A DNA stretch of 64,000 bases from an uncultured bacterium (GTDB lineage: Bacteria > Fermentibacterota > Fermentibacteria > Fermentibacterales > Fermentibacteraceae). The notes under the pieces were generated by a model, which saw only the letters and a program-made list of their open reading frames with translations, did not search any database and was not told where the DNA came from. Positions within the stretch are counted from its first letter, which is position 1. Every line of letters begins with the position of its first letter. Of the stretch, positions 44,736 to 55,074 are shown in pieces. Position numbers and translations under genes: made by a program. The DNA lies in the NCBI GenBank assembly GCA_964564435.1, contig CAZMAT010000003.1, positions 23,869 to 87,868 on the forward strand, read 5' to 3'.

Positions 44736-45335
44736 ATGTCTCTCGAAGCCATAGCCGAACGCATCAGGGAGGATGCCGCGAAGGAGGCCGCGTCGATCGC
44801 AGGGGCCGCGGACGCCGAGCGCAGGGAGGCCCTGGATGCCGCCCGGAGGCAGCTGGAGGATGAATTCGCGCGCAGCCTCGACAGGATTTCGAGGGAGGCC
44901 TCCGAACAGGAGGCGAGGTTGAGGTTCCACGCCGCGAGCGAGGCCCGCCGTCTCGTCGAGAACGAGAAGAGGATGCTCCTGGACCGGGCCATCTCGAACG
45001 CAGTCGACAGGCTTGCGGGACTCCCGCCTGCGCAGTACGGCGAGCTCATCTCCTCGATACTCGCATCATGCACCATGACCGGTGATATCGATGTATCAAT
45101 CTCCCCCGCCGACGAGGGCAGGATAACGCCCGCCCTCCTGTCCGGGGCCTCGGGCGGCGGCAGGAACTTCCGCCTTTCCCCGACAAGGCATGCGGGCAGG
45201 GGTGGAGTCGTCCTGACTTCGGGCGGAGTGAGCCTCAACGCGACATTCTCCATGCTCGCCTCGCTCGAGCGCGAGCGGATCGTGATGCAGCTCGCCCCGC
45301 TCGTCGCCGAAGCCGCATCCGGGACAAAGGGATGA
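44736..45335 (+). CDS. ntpE: V-type ATPase subunit E
   Basis: Long charged N-terminal helix and a globular C-terminus, at the expected operon position. Confidence 0.7.
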   Translation: MSLEAIAERIREDAAKEAASIAGAADAERREALDAARRQLEDEFARSLDRISREASEQEARLRFHAASEARRLVENEKRMLLDRAISNAVDRLAGLPPAQYGELISSILASCTMTGDIDVSISPADEGRITPALLSGASGGGRNFRLSPTRHAGRGGVVLTSGGVSLNATFSMLASLERERIVMQLAPLVAEAASGTKG

Positions 45336-46309
45336 GGAACCTCTACCTGTTCCCGAACGGCAGGGTCGGCGCCCTCGAGAAGGACCTCCTGAACGCCCGG
45401 ACATGGCAGATGCTCCTCTCCGCCGCCGACGGGGCCGAGGCCGCCAGGCTCCTGGCCGACACCTGGTACGGGAGGTTCCCCGGCCTTTCTCAGGGCTCCT
45501 TCGAGTCGGTCTTCGACGCGGCCCAGGCCTCCACCGAACAGGAGCTGGTCGAGCTGGCCGAGGATCAGGGCCTGATCAGGGGGATACTCCACAGGCGCGA
45601 CGCCAGGAACGCCCGATACATCTGGAAGGCGGCGCTATGCGGCCCTGCCGGTGCGATTCCCGAGCTCGAGAGGCCGGGGATGTTCGAACACCCCGTGCTC
45701 GAGGCGGCGCTCACGGACGAGGGGGCGCGTGCGCTCCTGCCGCGGGCAATGGAGTCAGCAGCGGAGAAGCTCTCCGGCATGCCCTCCCCGACGCCCCTCG
45801 AGATCGACTCGGTGCTCGACGCCATGGCAGTCGAACTCGAACTCGAGGAACTCCCGGGCATGGAGCCCGGATTCAGGCGCTTCCTCGAGGCCCTCGTGGA
45901 CATGCGGAACCTGATGATCTGCCTCAGGCTCGTCTCGTCGGGCAGGAAGGCGGAGGTCGCCTCCGGAGCCCTGTTCCCCGGCGGTTCGGCCTCCCGTGAG
46001 GCACTCGCGGCAGCCGCGCTCGAAGGCGCCCTCCCCGATCTCGTGTCGGAGACCGGGAATCTCGAGAGGCTCGGGCCCCTCGTGCGCGAAGCCGTCACTT
46101 CGAGGTCGTTCCTCGAACTCGAGCGCGAGTCGGACAGGATCCTGATGGACATGCTCGACGCAGGATCGTTCGAGCTGTTCGGCCCCGCGCCCCTGGCCGC
46201 ATTCCTCCTCAAGAGGGAGATGGAGATCTCGCACCTCAGGATCCTGCTCTCGGCGAAATCCGCCGGGATCGACAGGGCGCGCCTCCAGCGGCGCCTCCCC
46301 AGGGGGTAG
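45332..46309 (+). CDS. ntpC: V-type ATPase subunit C (d-like)
   Basis: ~325 aa helical protein at the expected operon position. Confidence 0.7.
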   Translation: MRNLYLFPNGRVGALEKDLLNARTWQMLLSAADGAEAARLLADTWYGRFPGLSQGSFESVFDAAQASTEQELVELAEDQGLIRGILHRRDARNARYIWKAALCGPAGAIPELERPGMFEHPVLEAALTDEGARALLPRAMESAAEKLSGMPSPTPLEIDSVLDAMAVELELEELPGMEPGFRRFLEALVDMRNLMICLRLVSSGRKAEVASGALFPGGSASREALAAAALEGALPDLVSETGNLERLGPLVREAVTSRSFLELERESDRILMDMLDAGSFELFGPAPLAAFLLKREMEISHLRILLSAKSAGIDRARLQRRLPRG

Positions 46310-46315
46310 GCACTC

Positions 46316-46666
46316 ATGCAAGGGCAGGGCATCGCGTTCATAGGCGACCCCGATTCCTCCCTTGGCTTCAGGGCCCTGGGAGTGGCCGTCTCCAACCCCT
46401 CCGGGGCCGAGGAGGCATCCAGGGCCTTCAGGAACGCCGTGAACGGCGGGGCGGCGGTGATAATCGTAACGGAGGCCGTGCTCGACCATCTCCGTGAAGA
46501 GATCGAGAAGACGGCAGCCAGGGCAATACCGGCGGTCATCGTGCTGCCGGGGATCTCCGGTTCCGCGGGCCGCGGCGGAGAGACCATAAGAAGACAGATA
46601 ACGCGAGCAGTGGGCGTCGATCTCATGGCCGAGGACAGACAGCCCGCGGAGGGTTCCAGCCGATGA
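46316..46666 (+). CDS. V-type ATPase subunit F
   Basis: ~116 aa, [17 protein letters not shown]... is a typical F subunit. Confidence 0.75.
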   Translation: MQGQGIAFIGDPDSSLGFRALGVAVSNPSGAEEASRAFRNAVNGGAAVIIVTEAVLDHLREEIEKTAARAIPAVIVLPGISGSAGRGGETIRRQITRAVGVDLMAEDRQPAEGSSR

Positions 46667-48447
46667 CAAAGGGCACCATCAGGAAGGTCGCCGGCCCGCT
46701 TGTAGTCGCGGGCGGCATGCCCGAGGCCAGGATGTACGACGTAGTGTACGTCTCGGACATGAGGCTCCTGGGCGAGATCATCGAGATCAAGGGCGACTCC
46801 GCCTCGATCCAGGTCTACGAGGAGACCTGGGGGCTGGGGCCGGGCGACCCCGTCTACAGCACGGGGGAGCCACTGTCCCTCGAACTCGGGCCCGGCCTCC
46901 TCTCCTCGATCTACGACGGGATACAGAGACCGCTGGACAAGGTCAGGGAGAAGTCCGGGGACTGGATATCGAGAGGCGTCAACATCCCCGGGCTGGATCA
47001 CGGGAGGAAGTGGGACTTCAGGCCGTCGGCCCGGGCCGGCGACGCGGTTTCGGGCGGAGACATCATCGGCACCGTGCCCGAGACCGAAGTGGTCGAGCAC
47101 AGGATCATGATCCACCCCAGGGTGTCGGGGACGCTTTCCTGGGTCGCTCCCGCCGGTTCGTACACCATCGACGACGTGGTGGCCAGGGTGAAGACCGCCT
47201 CGGGCGGGGAGTCCGAGGTGAGGATGCACCAGAAGTGGCCGGTCAGGCAGGCGAGGCCGGTCCTGAGGAAGATGGCGCCCTCCGAGCCCCTGATCACCGG
47301 GCAGAGGGTCGTCGACGCCTTCTTCCCCCTGGGCAAGGGCGGCACTGCCTGCGTGCCGGGGCCGTTCGGCAGCGGCAAGACGGTCATCCAGCACCAGCTC
47401 GCCAAGTGGGCGGACGCCGAGATCGTCGTCTACGTCGGCTGCGGCGAGCGCGGCAACGAGATGACGGACGTGCTCCAGGAATTCCCCGAGATCCTCGACC
47501 CCCGGAGCGGAAGGCCCCTCATCCTGCGGACCGTGCTGGTTGCCAACACCAGCAACATGCCCGTCGCGGCACGCGAGGCCAGCGTCTACACAGGCATCAC
47601 GATAGCCGAGTACTTCCGCGACATGGGCTACTCCGTGGCGCTCATGGCCGACTCCACCTCCCGGTGGGCCGAGGCCATGAGGGAGATGTCGGGCCGTCTC
47701 GAGGAGATGCCGGGCGAGGAGGGCTACCCCGCCTATCTCGGGACGAGGATCGCAGAATTCTACGAGAGGGCCGGGAAGGTGCACTGCCTCTGCTCCGGCG
47801 AGCGCGAGGGAGCCCTGACCGTCGTGGGAGCCGTGAGCCCCGCGGGCGGCGACCTCTCCGATCCGGTCGTGCAGGCCACGCTCAGGGTCGTGAAGGTCTT
47901 CTGGAGCCTGCAGGCCAGGCTCGCCTACATGAGGCACTTCCCCGCGATCGGATGGCTCGAGAGCTACTCCCTCTACACCGCCAACCTCGACGGATGGTAC
48001 TCGAAGGAGCTCGAGGGCGGATGGTCATCCCTCCGCGACAGGGCGATGGCCCTGCTGCAGGACGAGGCCAATCTCCAGGAGATAGCAAGGCTGGTCGGGG
48101 CCGAGTCGCTCTCCCCCGACGACCAGCTCACCCTTTTCACCGCGCGCTCGATCCGCGAGGACTTCCTGCACCAGAACGCATTCCACGAGGTCGACACGTA
48201 CTGCTCGATGAAGAAGCAGGTCCGGCTCCTGGGCCTCATCATGAAGATCCACGAAGCCCTCGCCGGGGCTCTCGGGGCCGGTGCTGCGCCGAGGGACCTC
48301 TTCTCGCTCCCGTTCCGCGAGTCCGTGGCCAGGGCGCGGTACATGCCCGAGGACGGACTGGACGAGATCGACAGGATTCTCGAAACAGCGGACGCCGAGA
48401 TCCAGGGGCTGCTCGAAACTGCGCGGCGCGCGGGGGAGGGTGCCTGA
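46663..48447 (+). CDS. ntpA: V-type ATPase catalytic subunit A
   Basis: Walker [10 protein letters not shown], and ...[11 protein letters not shown].... Confidence 0.95.
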   Translation: MTKGTIRKVAGPLVVAGGMPEARMYDVVYVSDMRLLGEIIEIKGDSASIQVYEETWGLGPGDPVYSTGEPLSLELGPGLLSSIYDGIQRPLDKVREKSGDWISRGVNIPGLDHGRKWDFRPSARAGDAVSGGDIIGTVPETEVVEHRIMIHPRVSGTLSWVAPAGSYTIDDVVARVKTASGGESEVRMHQKWPVRQARPVLRKMAPSEPLITGQRVVDAFFPLGKGGTACVPGPFGSGKTVIQHQLAKWADAEIVVYVGCGERGNEMTDVLQEFPEILDPRSGRPLILRTVLVANTSNMPVAAREASVYTGITIAEYFRDMGYSVALMADSTSRWAEAMREMSGRLEEMPGEEGYPAYLGTRIAEFYERAGKVHCLCSGEREGALTVVGAVSPAGGDLSDPVVQATLRVVKVFWSLQARLAYMRHFPAIGWLESYSLYTANLDGWYSKELEGGWSSLRDRAMALLQDEANLQEIARLVGAESLSPDDQLTLFTARSIREDFLHQNAFHEVDTYCSMKKQVRLLGLIMKIHEALAGALGAGAAPRDLFSLPFRESVARARYMPEDGLDEIDRILETADAEIQGLLETARRAGEGA

Positions 48448-49838
48448 TGATCCGCGAGTACAGGACCACAGTCGAGATCGCAGGCCCGCTGATGTTCGTC
48501 GAGAACGTGTCGGGTGTCACGTACGAGGAACTGGCCGAGATAGAGCTCCCCGACGGCACGATCCGCCACGGCAGGGTGCTCGAGATCAACGGGGCGATGG
48601 CCCTCGTGCAGCTCTTCGAGGGCTCCAGCGGAGTCGGGATCACGCAGAGCGTCGTGAGGTTCCTCGGGAAGAGCGTCGAGCTGGGGGTCTCGGAGACGAT
48701 GCTGGGCAGGGTGTTCGACGGACAGGGCCGCCCGAGGGCTCCGTTCGACACCTCGCCTCCCGTCGTTCCGGACAGGATGATCAACATCAACGGATCCCCG
48801 CTCAACCCCTACGCGAGGGACTATCCCGCGGAGTTCATACAGACCGGGCTCAGCTCGATCGACGGGATCAACACGCTGGTGCGCGGGCAGAAGCTACCCG
48901 TCTTCAGCGCCAGCGGCCTGCCCCACTCGGCGGTCGCCGCCCAGATCGCGCGGCAGGCCAGGGTGCTCGGCGAGGGCGAGAGCTTCGCCGTGGTCTTCGC
49001 CGCGCTGGGCATCACGTTCGAGGAGGCGGACTACTTCATCCGCGACTTCAAGTCCACGGGCGCCATGGACAGGGCCGTGGTGTTCCTCAACCTGGCCGAC
49101 GACCCGGCCATCGAGAGGATCGCCACGCCGAGGCTGGCCCTCACGGCGGCGGAGTATCTGGCGTACGAGAAGGACATGCACATCCTGGTCATCCTGACCG
49201 ACATGACGAACTACTGCGACGCCCTGCGCGAGATCTCGGCGGCCAGGCGCGAGGTCCCGGGGCGGCGGGGCTACCCCGGCTATCTCTACACCGACCTCTC
49301 GACGATCTACGAGAGGGCCGGCCGCATCAAGGGCCGGAAGGGCTCGATCACGCAGATACCGATTCTGACGATGCCCGAGGACGACAAGACCCATCCGATC
49401 CCCGACCTCACCGGGTACATCACCGAGGGGCAGCTCATCCTCAACAGGGAGCTGCACAAGAGGGGCGTGTACCCGCCGATGGACGTGATGGAGTCGCTCT
49501 CCAGGCTGAAGGACAAGGGCATCGGACGGGGCAAGACCCGCGAGGATCACGCCGACCTCTTCAACCAGCTCATGGCGGCATACTCGGCCGGGAAGAACGC
49601 CCGCGAGCTCGCCGTCATCCTCGGCACGGCCGCCCTCAGCCCCGTGGACCAGGACTACCTGCGCTTCGCCGAGGAGTACGAGAGGCGGTACATCAGCCAG
49701 GACGAGGGCGAGAACCGCACGATAGAGGAGACGCTCGACCTCGGGTGGCAGCTCCTGAAGCTCCTTCCGCGGGATGAGATGAAGAGGATCAGGCCCGAGT
49801 ACCTCGACAGGTACTGGCCGGCCGGGGAAGGCGCCTGA
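48447..49838 (+). CDS. ntpB: V-type ATPase subunit B
   Basis: [19 protein letters not shown].... ATGA overlap with A. The long ORF in the track is an out-of-frame extension inside ntpA. Confidence 0.95.
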   Translation: MIREYRTTVEIAGPLMFVENVSGVTYEELAEIELPDGTIRHGRVLEINGAMALVQLFEGSSGVGITQSVVRFLGKSVELGVSETMLGRVFDGQGRPRAPFDTSPPVVPDRMININGSPLNPYARDYPAEFIQTGLSSIDGINTLVRGQKLPVFSASGLPHSAVAAQIARQARVLGEGESFAVVFAALGITFEEADYFIRDFKSTGAMDRAVVFLNLADDPAIERIATPRLALTAAEYLAYEKDMHILVILTDMTNYCDALREISAARREVPGRRGYPGYLYTDLSTIYERAGRIKGRKGSITQIPILTMPEDDKTHPIPDLTGYITEGQLILNRELHKRGVYPPMDVMESLSRLKDKGIGRGKTREDHADLFNQLMAAYSAGKNARELAVILGTAALSPVDQDYLRFAEEYERRYISQDEGENRTIEETLDLGWQLLKLLPRDEMKRIRPEYLDRYWPAGEGA

Positions 49839-50488
49839 TGGCCGTCGTCGTCAGGGCTACCCGGATGGAGCTCCAGCAGCTCCGCAAGAGGGCCGCCCTC
49901 GCGCGGAGGGGGCACAAGCTCCTGAAGGACAAGCTCGACGAGCTGATGAGGCAGTTCAAGATCCTCATCGCCGAGTACATGGGCGCCCGGCAGCGGATCG
50001 AGGCCGAACTCCGCGAGGCCTACAGGGAGTTCATGTTCGCGAGGGCCTCGATGCGGCGCGAAGCCCTGTCCGACGCGCTCGACTATCCCGGTGCCGTCGC
50101 GGTCGTGAAGAGCTCCACCCGCAAGGTGATGAACCTCACGCTGCCGGTCTTCGACGTCACGATGGAGGGCGGCATCCACAACTACGGCATGCTCGACACC
50201 ACGCCCGAGCTGGATGCGTCCCTCGAGGTGTTCGCCCGCGTGCTCCCCGGGATAGTCCGCCTGGCCGGGCAGGAGAAGGCCGTCGGGATACTGGCGTCCG
50301 AGATCGACAGGACCAGGCGGAGGGTCAACGCCCTGGAGTACATCCTCATCCCCGAGCTGGAGGGCGCCGTGTCCGCGATCAGGCTGAAGCTCGAGGAGAT
50401 AGAGCGGGGGAATCTCACCAGGTTGATGAAGGTCAAGAAGATGGCCGAGCAGAAGCGGGAGGCCGCGAGGCCCGGAGGGCCGTCCTGA
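49838..50488 (+). CDS. ntpD: V-type ATPase subunit D
   Basis: RMELQQLRKRAALARRGHKLLKDKLDELM. Confidence 0.9.
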   Translation: MAVVVRATRMELQQLRKRAALARRGHKLLKDKLDELMRQFKILIAEYMGARQRIEAELREAYREFMFARASMRREALSDALDYPGAVAVVKSSTRKVMNLTLPVFDVTMEGGIHNYGMLDTTPELDASLEVFARVLPGIVRLAGQEKAVGILASEIDRTRRRVNALEYILIPELEGAVSAIRLKLEEIERGNLTRLMKVKKMAEQKREAARPGGPS

Positions 50489-50501
50489 GAGCATGGATTG
50501 A

Positions 50502-50529
50502 TTGACATATCTCTACCGGGCCGTAATTT
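50502..50529 (+). promoter_or_regulatory. Near-consensus sigma70 promoter
   Basis: TTGACA (50502-07), a 16-nt spacer, then TAATTT (50524-29), ~55 nt upstream of ATG 50586. Confidence 0.5.
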
Positions 50530-50585
50530 ACCATCAAGCCCGGGTGCTCCGGGTCGGTCTGTTCGTTCCGCTCTGGAGGGTGGAG

Positions 50586-50810
50586 ATGGCCGAAGCTAAG
50601 GTTGCCAAGAAGGCCCCGGTCAAGGCTGCCAAGGATACGAAGGTGACGGCTAAGACCGCAGCCAAGAAGGTCGAGAAGGCGGTGAAGACGGACAAGGTGG
50701 AGAAGGCCGAGAAGATCGCCGCGAAGGTGGCCAAGAAGGAGGCCGCCCCCGCCAAGGCCGCAGCCCCCAAGACCGTAGGCAAGTGCGGCGGCTGCAAGAC
50801 CAAGAAGTAG
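50586..50810 (+). CDS. Lys/Ala-rich histone-H1-like basic protein with C-terminal CGGC
   Basis: MAEAKVAKKAPVKAAKDTKVTAKTAAKKVEKAVK...AAPKTVGKCGGCKTKK. Confidence 0.5.
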   Translation: MAEAKVAKKAPVKAAKDTKVTAKTAAKKVEKAVKTDKVEKAEKIAAKVAKKEAAPAKAAAPKTVGKCGGCKTKK

Positions 50811-50829
50811 ATCAGGCTATCCGATAGAG

Positions 50830-50853
50830 AGGGGGGCCTTCACCGGCCCCCCT
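50830..50853. terminator. Hairpin between convergent genes
   Basis: AGGGGGGCC-TTCACC-GGCCCCCCT. Confidence 0.5.
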
Positions 50854-50937
50854 TCCTCATCCGGAACCGTATCTGACTTCTTCGACCTCCCCGTTCCTTC
50901 CGGACCAGCGCAGGCAGCCTCGGGAGAAAGCCGGAAG

Positions 50938-51555
50938 TCAGGGGCGATCGACCTCTATGCGGACGTCCCCCTTCGCGCCAGCACCGTGGAGAGTCCCCAC
51001 CAGAGCCATCACCACCTCGCTGACGACCCGCCCCGGATAACCCGAGAGGGGGATCGGCGCCCCCCCTATCCAGAGCCTGACTCCGCCGATGGGGGCGCTC
51101 CTGCCCATGCGGCCCCCGGTTCCGGCCGCGACTCCCAGCAGGTGGAGCATCACACCGTGCGAAAGCCCGTCGAGCCTGGGGAGCCCCGGCGAGTCGAACC
51201 CCCAGGTCGCCAGGCATCCCGTCCCGGCTGCCCCGGCATCGAGCGCCACCCACGGCAGGGCCGGCCCGGGCAGGTCCACGAGGGTCAGATCTGCCTGTAT
51301 CGCCTCGTAGTCGTCGAAGGACTCCGGATCGATCCCTGGGCGCACGTAGGTCAGCCTGGCCTCCGGCGCGACCAGGGTCAGGCTCTTGAAGGGATAGGTG
51401 TTGTAGGGATCGGGATCCCCGGTGCTGTTCCAGGCTCCTGCGAAGGAGACCGTGATCCCGTCGTTCTCCGAACACGTACGGGCCATCGAGACGGCGCAGG
51501 CGAGCCTCGACTCCTGTGAGCCGCCGCGCAGCGCGACGCACCTACCGGGTCTCAT
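50938..51555 (-). CDS. Hypothetical 205-aa protein downstream of the ThiF-like gene
   Basis: ATG 51555 is preceded by GGAGG, 1 nt after the ThiF-like stop. No recognisable motif. Confidence 0.4.
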   Translation of the reverse strand: MRPGRCVALRGGSQESRLACAVSMARTCSENDGITVSFAGAWNSTGDPDPYNTYPFKSLTLVAPEARLTYVRPGIDPESFDDYEAIQADLTLVDLPGPALPWVALDAGAAGTGCLATWGFDSPGLPRLDGLSHGVMLHLLGVAAGTGGRMGRSAPIGGVRLWIGGAPIPLSGYPGRVVSEVVMALVGTLHGAGAKGDVRIEVDRP

Positions 51556-51556
51556 T

Positions 51557-52234
51557 TCATACCTCCGATCCACATCGTGTGACCGACGAGCCCCCGCCGT
51601 CATCCCGGCGCATCCCCAGCAGGGCCGACACGGCTTCGCAGGCCATGATGGAGGCGGCCAGCGACACCCTCGCGGATAGAGTCCCGAGCGACAGATCGCT
51701 CGACTGGTCCCCGACCAGGATCACGGACCCATGCCTCTCGGTCCTTATCCCGCCGGGATTCCCTGCGCCTGCTATGCCGGAGACCGCGACGATCGGCGTC
51801 CCTTCCATCTCCGTGAGCCACTCCTCGAGAGCCTGCACCTTGGTCGACGCATCGTCGAACGCCTCGATCAGTATCGAACACCCCTGGAAGTATCTGCAGA
51901 ATCCGCCGGGGACGAGCCTTTCCGCGACCGCCAGGCACTGCGTCCCGGTTCCCAGCCTGCGGATGTTATCGGCGAGGGCCTCGACCTTGAGCCTGCCGAC
52001 CTGGTCGGCGAAGTATGCCTGCCGGTTCAGGTTGCGCAGTGAAACTACATCGTGGTCGACCGCCACGAGACGGCCGATCCCGGCCCTCGCGAGGAGCATC
52101 GCCACATTCGACCCTATTCCGCCTGCACCCGCGATGCCCGCGGTGCAGGCCGAAAGCGCCCGGCGCACGCCTGGTGGGTTGTCGATGAAGACCTCTTCGC
52201 CGACTCCGCCAGGGCTTCCGGGCCGCGCATCCAT
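51557..52234 (-). CDS. ThiF/MoeB-family E1-like adenylyltransferase (short 'family 2' type)
   Basis: GAGGIGSNVAMLLARAGIGRLVAVDHDVVSLRNLNRQ. Start set at MDARPG because the upstream extension is Arg/Trp/Cys-rich and unprotein-like. Confidence 0.7.
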   Translation of the reverse strand: MDARPGSPGGVGEEVFIDNPPGVRRALSACTAGIAGAGGIGSNVAMLLARAGIGRLVAVDHDVVSLRNLNRQAYFADQVGRLKVEALADNIRRLGTGTQCLAVAERLVPGGFCRYFQGCSILIEAFDDASTKVQALEEWLTEMEGTPIVAVSGIAGAGNPGGIRTERHGSVILVGDQSSDLSLGTLSARVSLAASIMACEAVSALLGMRRDDGGGSSVTRCGSEV

Positions 52235-52501
52235 CCCTTTGCCGGGATCCTTCCCGAGAGCCACTCGAAACCTCCAGCCGCCCTGCAGGATCTTCGCCGG
52301 CGCCCCATGTCCGCCACGGCACCGTGCTGCAAGGCTGGCGACCCGACAGTATTGCCACATCCGGCGCCGGAAGCTAGGTTTGATCCGGTATAGCGGAAGA
52401 GGAACCGCCGGGCGACAGGTCTCCCGCCCGGAAGGTCCGTGCCTTCGGTCCACACCATCATCGCCTCCGGCGCAGAGACGCCGCGGGAGCGGAGGTATGC
52501 C

Positions 52502-52906
52502 GTGCCGTCCGTCAAGAGACTCGCCAGCGACAGTTCGAAGTGCATCGGGTGCGGGGCCTGCATGACGGTCTGTTCGACCCTGTTCTTCAAGGTCGACGAC
52601 CCGGCCCGTTCGTGCATCTCAGTGATCCCCTCCGATAGCGGCTCGAAGATCACGGTCTGCGACCAGACCTGCAGGCTCTGTGTCGCCGAATGCCCCGTGC
52701 AGGCCCTGACCGTCTCGTCCCAGGGCGTGGTGATGCTGGACAGGAAGCTGTGTGTGGGATGCCTCGCCTGTGTTGCCGTCTGCCCCATCGGCGCGATGAG
52801 GCACTTCCCCGGGTCGGCGAACCCGTTCAAATGCATAGCCTGCGGCGCCTGCGCACGCAAATGCCCCACTGGAGCGATCGGCATCGCAGTCGAGGAGAGA
52901 TCATGA
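52502..52906 (+). CDS. Poly-[4Fe-4S] ferredoxin-like electron-transfer subunit
   Basis: Four Cys clusters (CIGCGACMTVC, CRLCVAECP, CVGCLACVAVCP, CIACGACARKCP). GTG 52502 lies 6 nt after GGAGG. Confidence 0.75.
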   Translation: MPSVKRLASDSSKCIGCGACMTVCSTLFFKVDDPARSCISVIPSDSGSKITVCDQTCRLCVAECPVQALTVSSQGVVMLDRKLCVGCLACVAVCPIGAMRHFPGSANPFKCIACGACARKCPTGAIGIAVEERS

Positions 52907-55074
52907 CGGAAAGCGGATTCGACATAGCTGGCCTCGAGGCCGGGCATCGGCCTGTCTCGGAGTTCAGATACGAGAAGAGGCCTGTCGTGAGGGGCTACAA
53001 CGACAGGACCCTCTACGTGAACGTCGGTGACGGACGCATCGCCGAGAAGCCGGTATCCCCCGACATGAGGGCCAAGTTCACGGGGGGCAAGGGTTACGGC
53101 CTCAGGCTCCTCTGGGATGCCGTGACCCCCTCTACGAAGTGGAACGACCCCGAGAACGAGGTCAACATCGCCATGGGGCCGGTCTGCGGGAACACCAACT
53201 ATCCCGGCTCGGGCAAGTCCCTCGTCGTCTCGATCTCGCCCACGACCGGGATCCCGATCGACTGCAACGTCGGGGGCTACTTCGGGCCCTTCCTCAAGTT
53301 CGCCGGGTTCGACGCCCTGGAGGTCCAGGGCAAGGCCGCCAGGGACGTGATAGTCTACATCGACGGAGACGAAGGGGTGGTGAGCATCTTCGAGGCTCCC
53401 GGCGAAGCGGTGGACAGCCATGTCCTCGCGGAGCAGATGGTGGCCATGTTCGCCCGCGACGAGAAGGACAGGCAGCACATCTCGTCGGTGTCGGCCGGCA
53501 CCGGTGCCGAGCATGCCCTCATCGGATGCCTGAACTTCTCCTTCTACGACAAGCGCAGGAAGGTGGCCAGGCTGAAGCAGGCCGGCAGGGGCGGCATAGG
53601 GACCGTGTTCCGCGACAAGAAGATAAAGGCTCTCGTCGTGAGGTATTCCGGCCTCGACGTCTCCTCGAACAACCCGGCCGACCTGGCCGGCCTTCAGGAG
53701 ACCGGCCTGAAGCTGCACAGGGAGATCGTCACTCTCGACGATCAGCAGTGCAGGATGAGGGAGATCGGGACGGCCCATCTCACCGAGATCATGGACGAAT
53801 ACGACCTACTCCCGACCCGCAACTACAAGTTCGGCAGCAGCCCCGATTCTCCCGGCCTCAACTCCCACGCCTTCTCCGCCATGGTCACGCACGGCCTCCC
53901 CGACGGCTGCTGGTACGGCTGCACGATGGCCTGCGCGAAGGCCGCGGACGGTTTCGAGCTGGCCACCGGGCCCTACAAGGGTCACAGGGTCACGGTCGAC
54001 GGGCCCGAGTACGAAACGGTGGCCGGATGCGGCTCGAACATCGGAGTCTACGATCCCAGGGTCGTGATGGAGCTGAACTTCTACTGCGACACCTACGGGC
54101 TCGACACCATCTCCTTCGGCACTTCCACGGCCTTCGTCATGGAATGCTGGGAGAAGGGCGTGCTCGACTCCACCCGCACCGGCGGGCTCGAGATGACCTG
54201 GGGCAACGGCCCGGCGGCGCTCGAACTGCTCCACAGGATCGGCAGAGGGGAGGGATTCGGCCTGGTGGCCGGCCTCGGGGTCCGCGGGATGAAGAAATAC
54301 TTCGCGGAGCACTACGGAGCAGATCCGAAGCTCCTGCAGGACATCGGCTGCGAGTGCAAGGGGCTCGAGTACTCCCAGTACGTTTCGAAGGAGTCCCTCG
54401 CGCAGCAGGGCGGCTACAGCATGGCCCTCAAGGGCCCCCAGCACGACGAGGCCTGGCTCATCTTCATGGACATGGTGAACAACAGGATCCCGACATTCGA
54501 GGACAAGGCCGAGGCGCTCTACTACTTCCCGATGTTCAGGACCTGGTTCGGCCTGCAGGGCCTCTGCAAGCTCCCGTGGAACGACATAGAGCCCGCCGAC
54601 AACTCGTCCACCGACGAGCCCGCGAAGGTCCCCGAGCACGTCGAGAACTATCTCGCGATCTACAAGGCGGTCACCGGGAACGACCTCGACAGGGACGGGC
54701 TGATCCGGCAGTCGGCGCGGGTCTACAACTTCCAGAAGGTCTTCTGCATCAGGATGGGGAAGGGCCGTCGGATCGACGACTGGCCGCCCTACAGGATGAT
54801 GGGCCCTGTGACGGTAGAAGAGTACGAGTCCCGGGCCGACAGGTACGACAAGCAGCTCAGGGAGCAGGTCGGCATCGACCCAGCGGGCATGGGCACGCCG
54901 GAGAAGGTCGCAGCCCTCAGGGCGTACCGCGAGGACAGGTACGAGAAGCTGCTCGATGCCGTCTACAGGAGGAAGGGTTGGACCAGGGAGGGTGTGCCGA
55001 CCGTCGAGACCCTCCACGATCTCGGCATCGACTATCCCGAGGTCCTGGAGGTGGTGAAACCCCTCCTGGGATGA
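52903..55074 (+). CDS. Aldehyde:ferredoxin oxidoreductase family (tungsto/molybdopterin) enzyme, long YdhV-like form
   Basis: The N-terminal AOR domain (RGYNDRTLYVNV...FTGGKGYGLRLLW) and GPEYETVAGCGSNIGVYD. 723 aa. ATGA overlap with the ferredoxin gene. Confidence 0.9.
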   Translation: MTESGFDIAGLEAGHRPVSEFRYEKRPVVRGYNDRTLYVNVGDGRIAEKPVSPDMRAKFTGGKGYGLRLLWDAVTPSTKWNDPENEVNIAMGPVCGNTNYPGSGKSLVVSISPTTGIPIDCNVGGYFGPFLKFAGFDALEVQGKAARDVIVYIDGDEGVVSIFEAPGEAVDSHVLAEQMVAMFARDEKDRQHISSVSAGTGAEHALIGCLNFSFYDKRRKVARLKQAGRGGIGTVFRDKKIKALVVRYSGLDVSSNNPADLAGLQETGLKLHREIVTLDDQQCRMREIGTAHLTEIMDEYDLLPTRNYKFGSSPDSPGLNSHAFSAMVTHGLPDGCWYGCTMACAKAADGFELATGPYKGHRVTVDGPEYETVAGCGSNIGVYDPRVVMELNFYCDTYGLDTISFGTSTAFVMECWEKGVLDSTRTGGLEMTWGNGPAALELLHRIGRGEGFGLVAGLGVRGMKKYFAEHYGADPKLLQDIGCECKGLEYSQYVSKESLAQQGGYSMALKGPQHDEAWLIFMDMVNNRIPTFEDKAEALYYFPMFRTWFGLQGLCKLPWNDIEPADNSSTDEPAKVPEHVENYLAIYKAVTGNDLDRDGLIRQSARVYNFQKVFCIRMGKGRRIDDWPPYRMMGPVTVEEYESRADRYDKQLREQVGIDPAGMGTPEKVAALRAYREDRYEKLLDAVYRRKGWTREGVPTVETLHDLGIDYPEVLEVVKPLLG

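Noticed and set aside
47010-48446. An apparent 942-aa ORF suggesting a fused or extended V-ATPase B subunit.
   Set aside because: The first 479 codons run out of frame through ntpA and are Arg/Gly-rich. The B-subunit homology starts at ATG 48447, which overlaps the ntpA stop.
52235-52453. Longer form of the ThiF-like ORF, starting at 52453.
   Set aside because: The extra 73 residues are Arg/Trp/Cys-rich and unlike any E1 N-terminus. The shorter form matches the ~200-aa ThiF 'family 2' length. The start remains uncertain.
53139-55070. A 711-aa ORF in the ThiS frame running through the AOR gene.
   Set aside because: It is a shadow frame of the AOR gene. Only the last 67 codons (from ATG 55071) resemble ThiS/MoaD.
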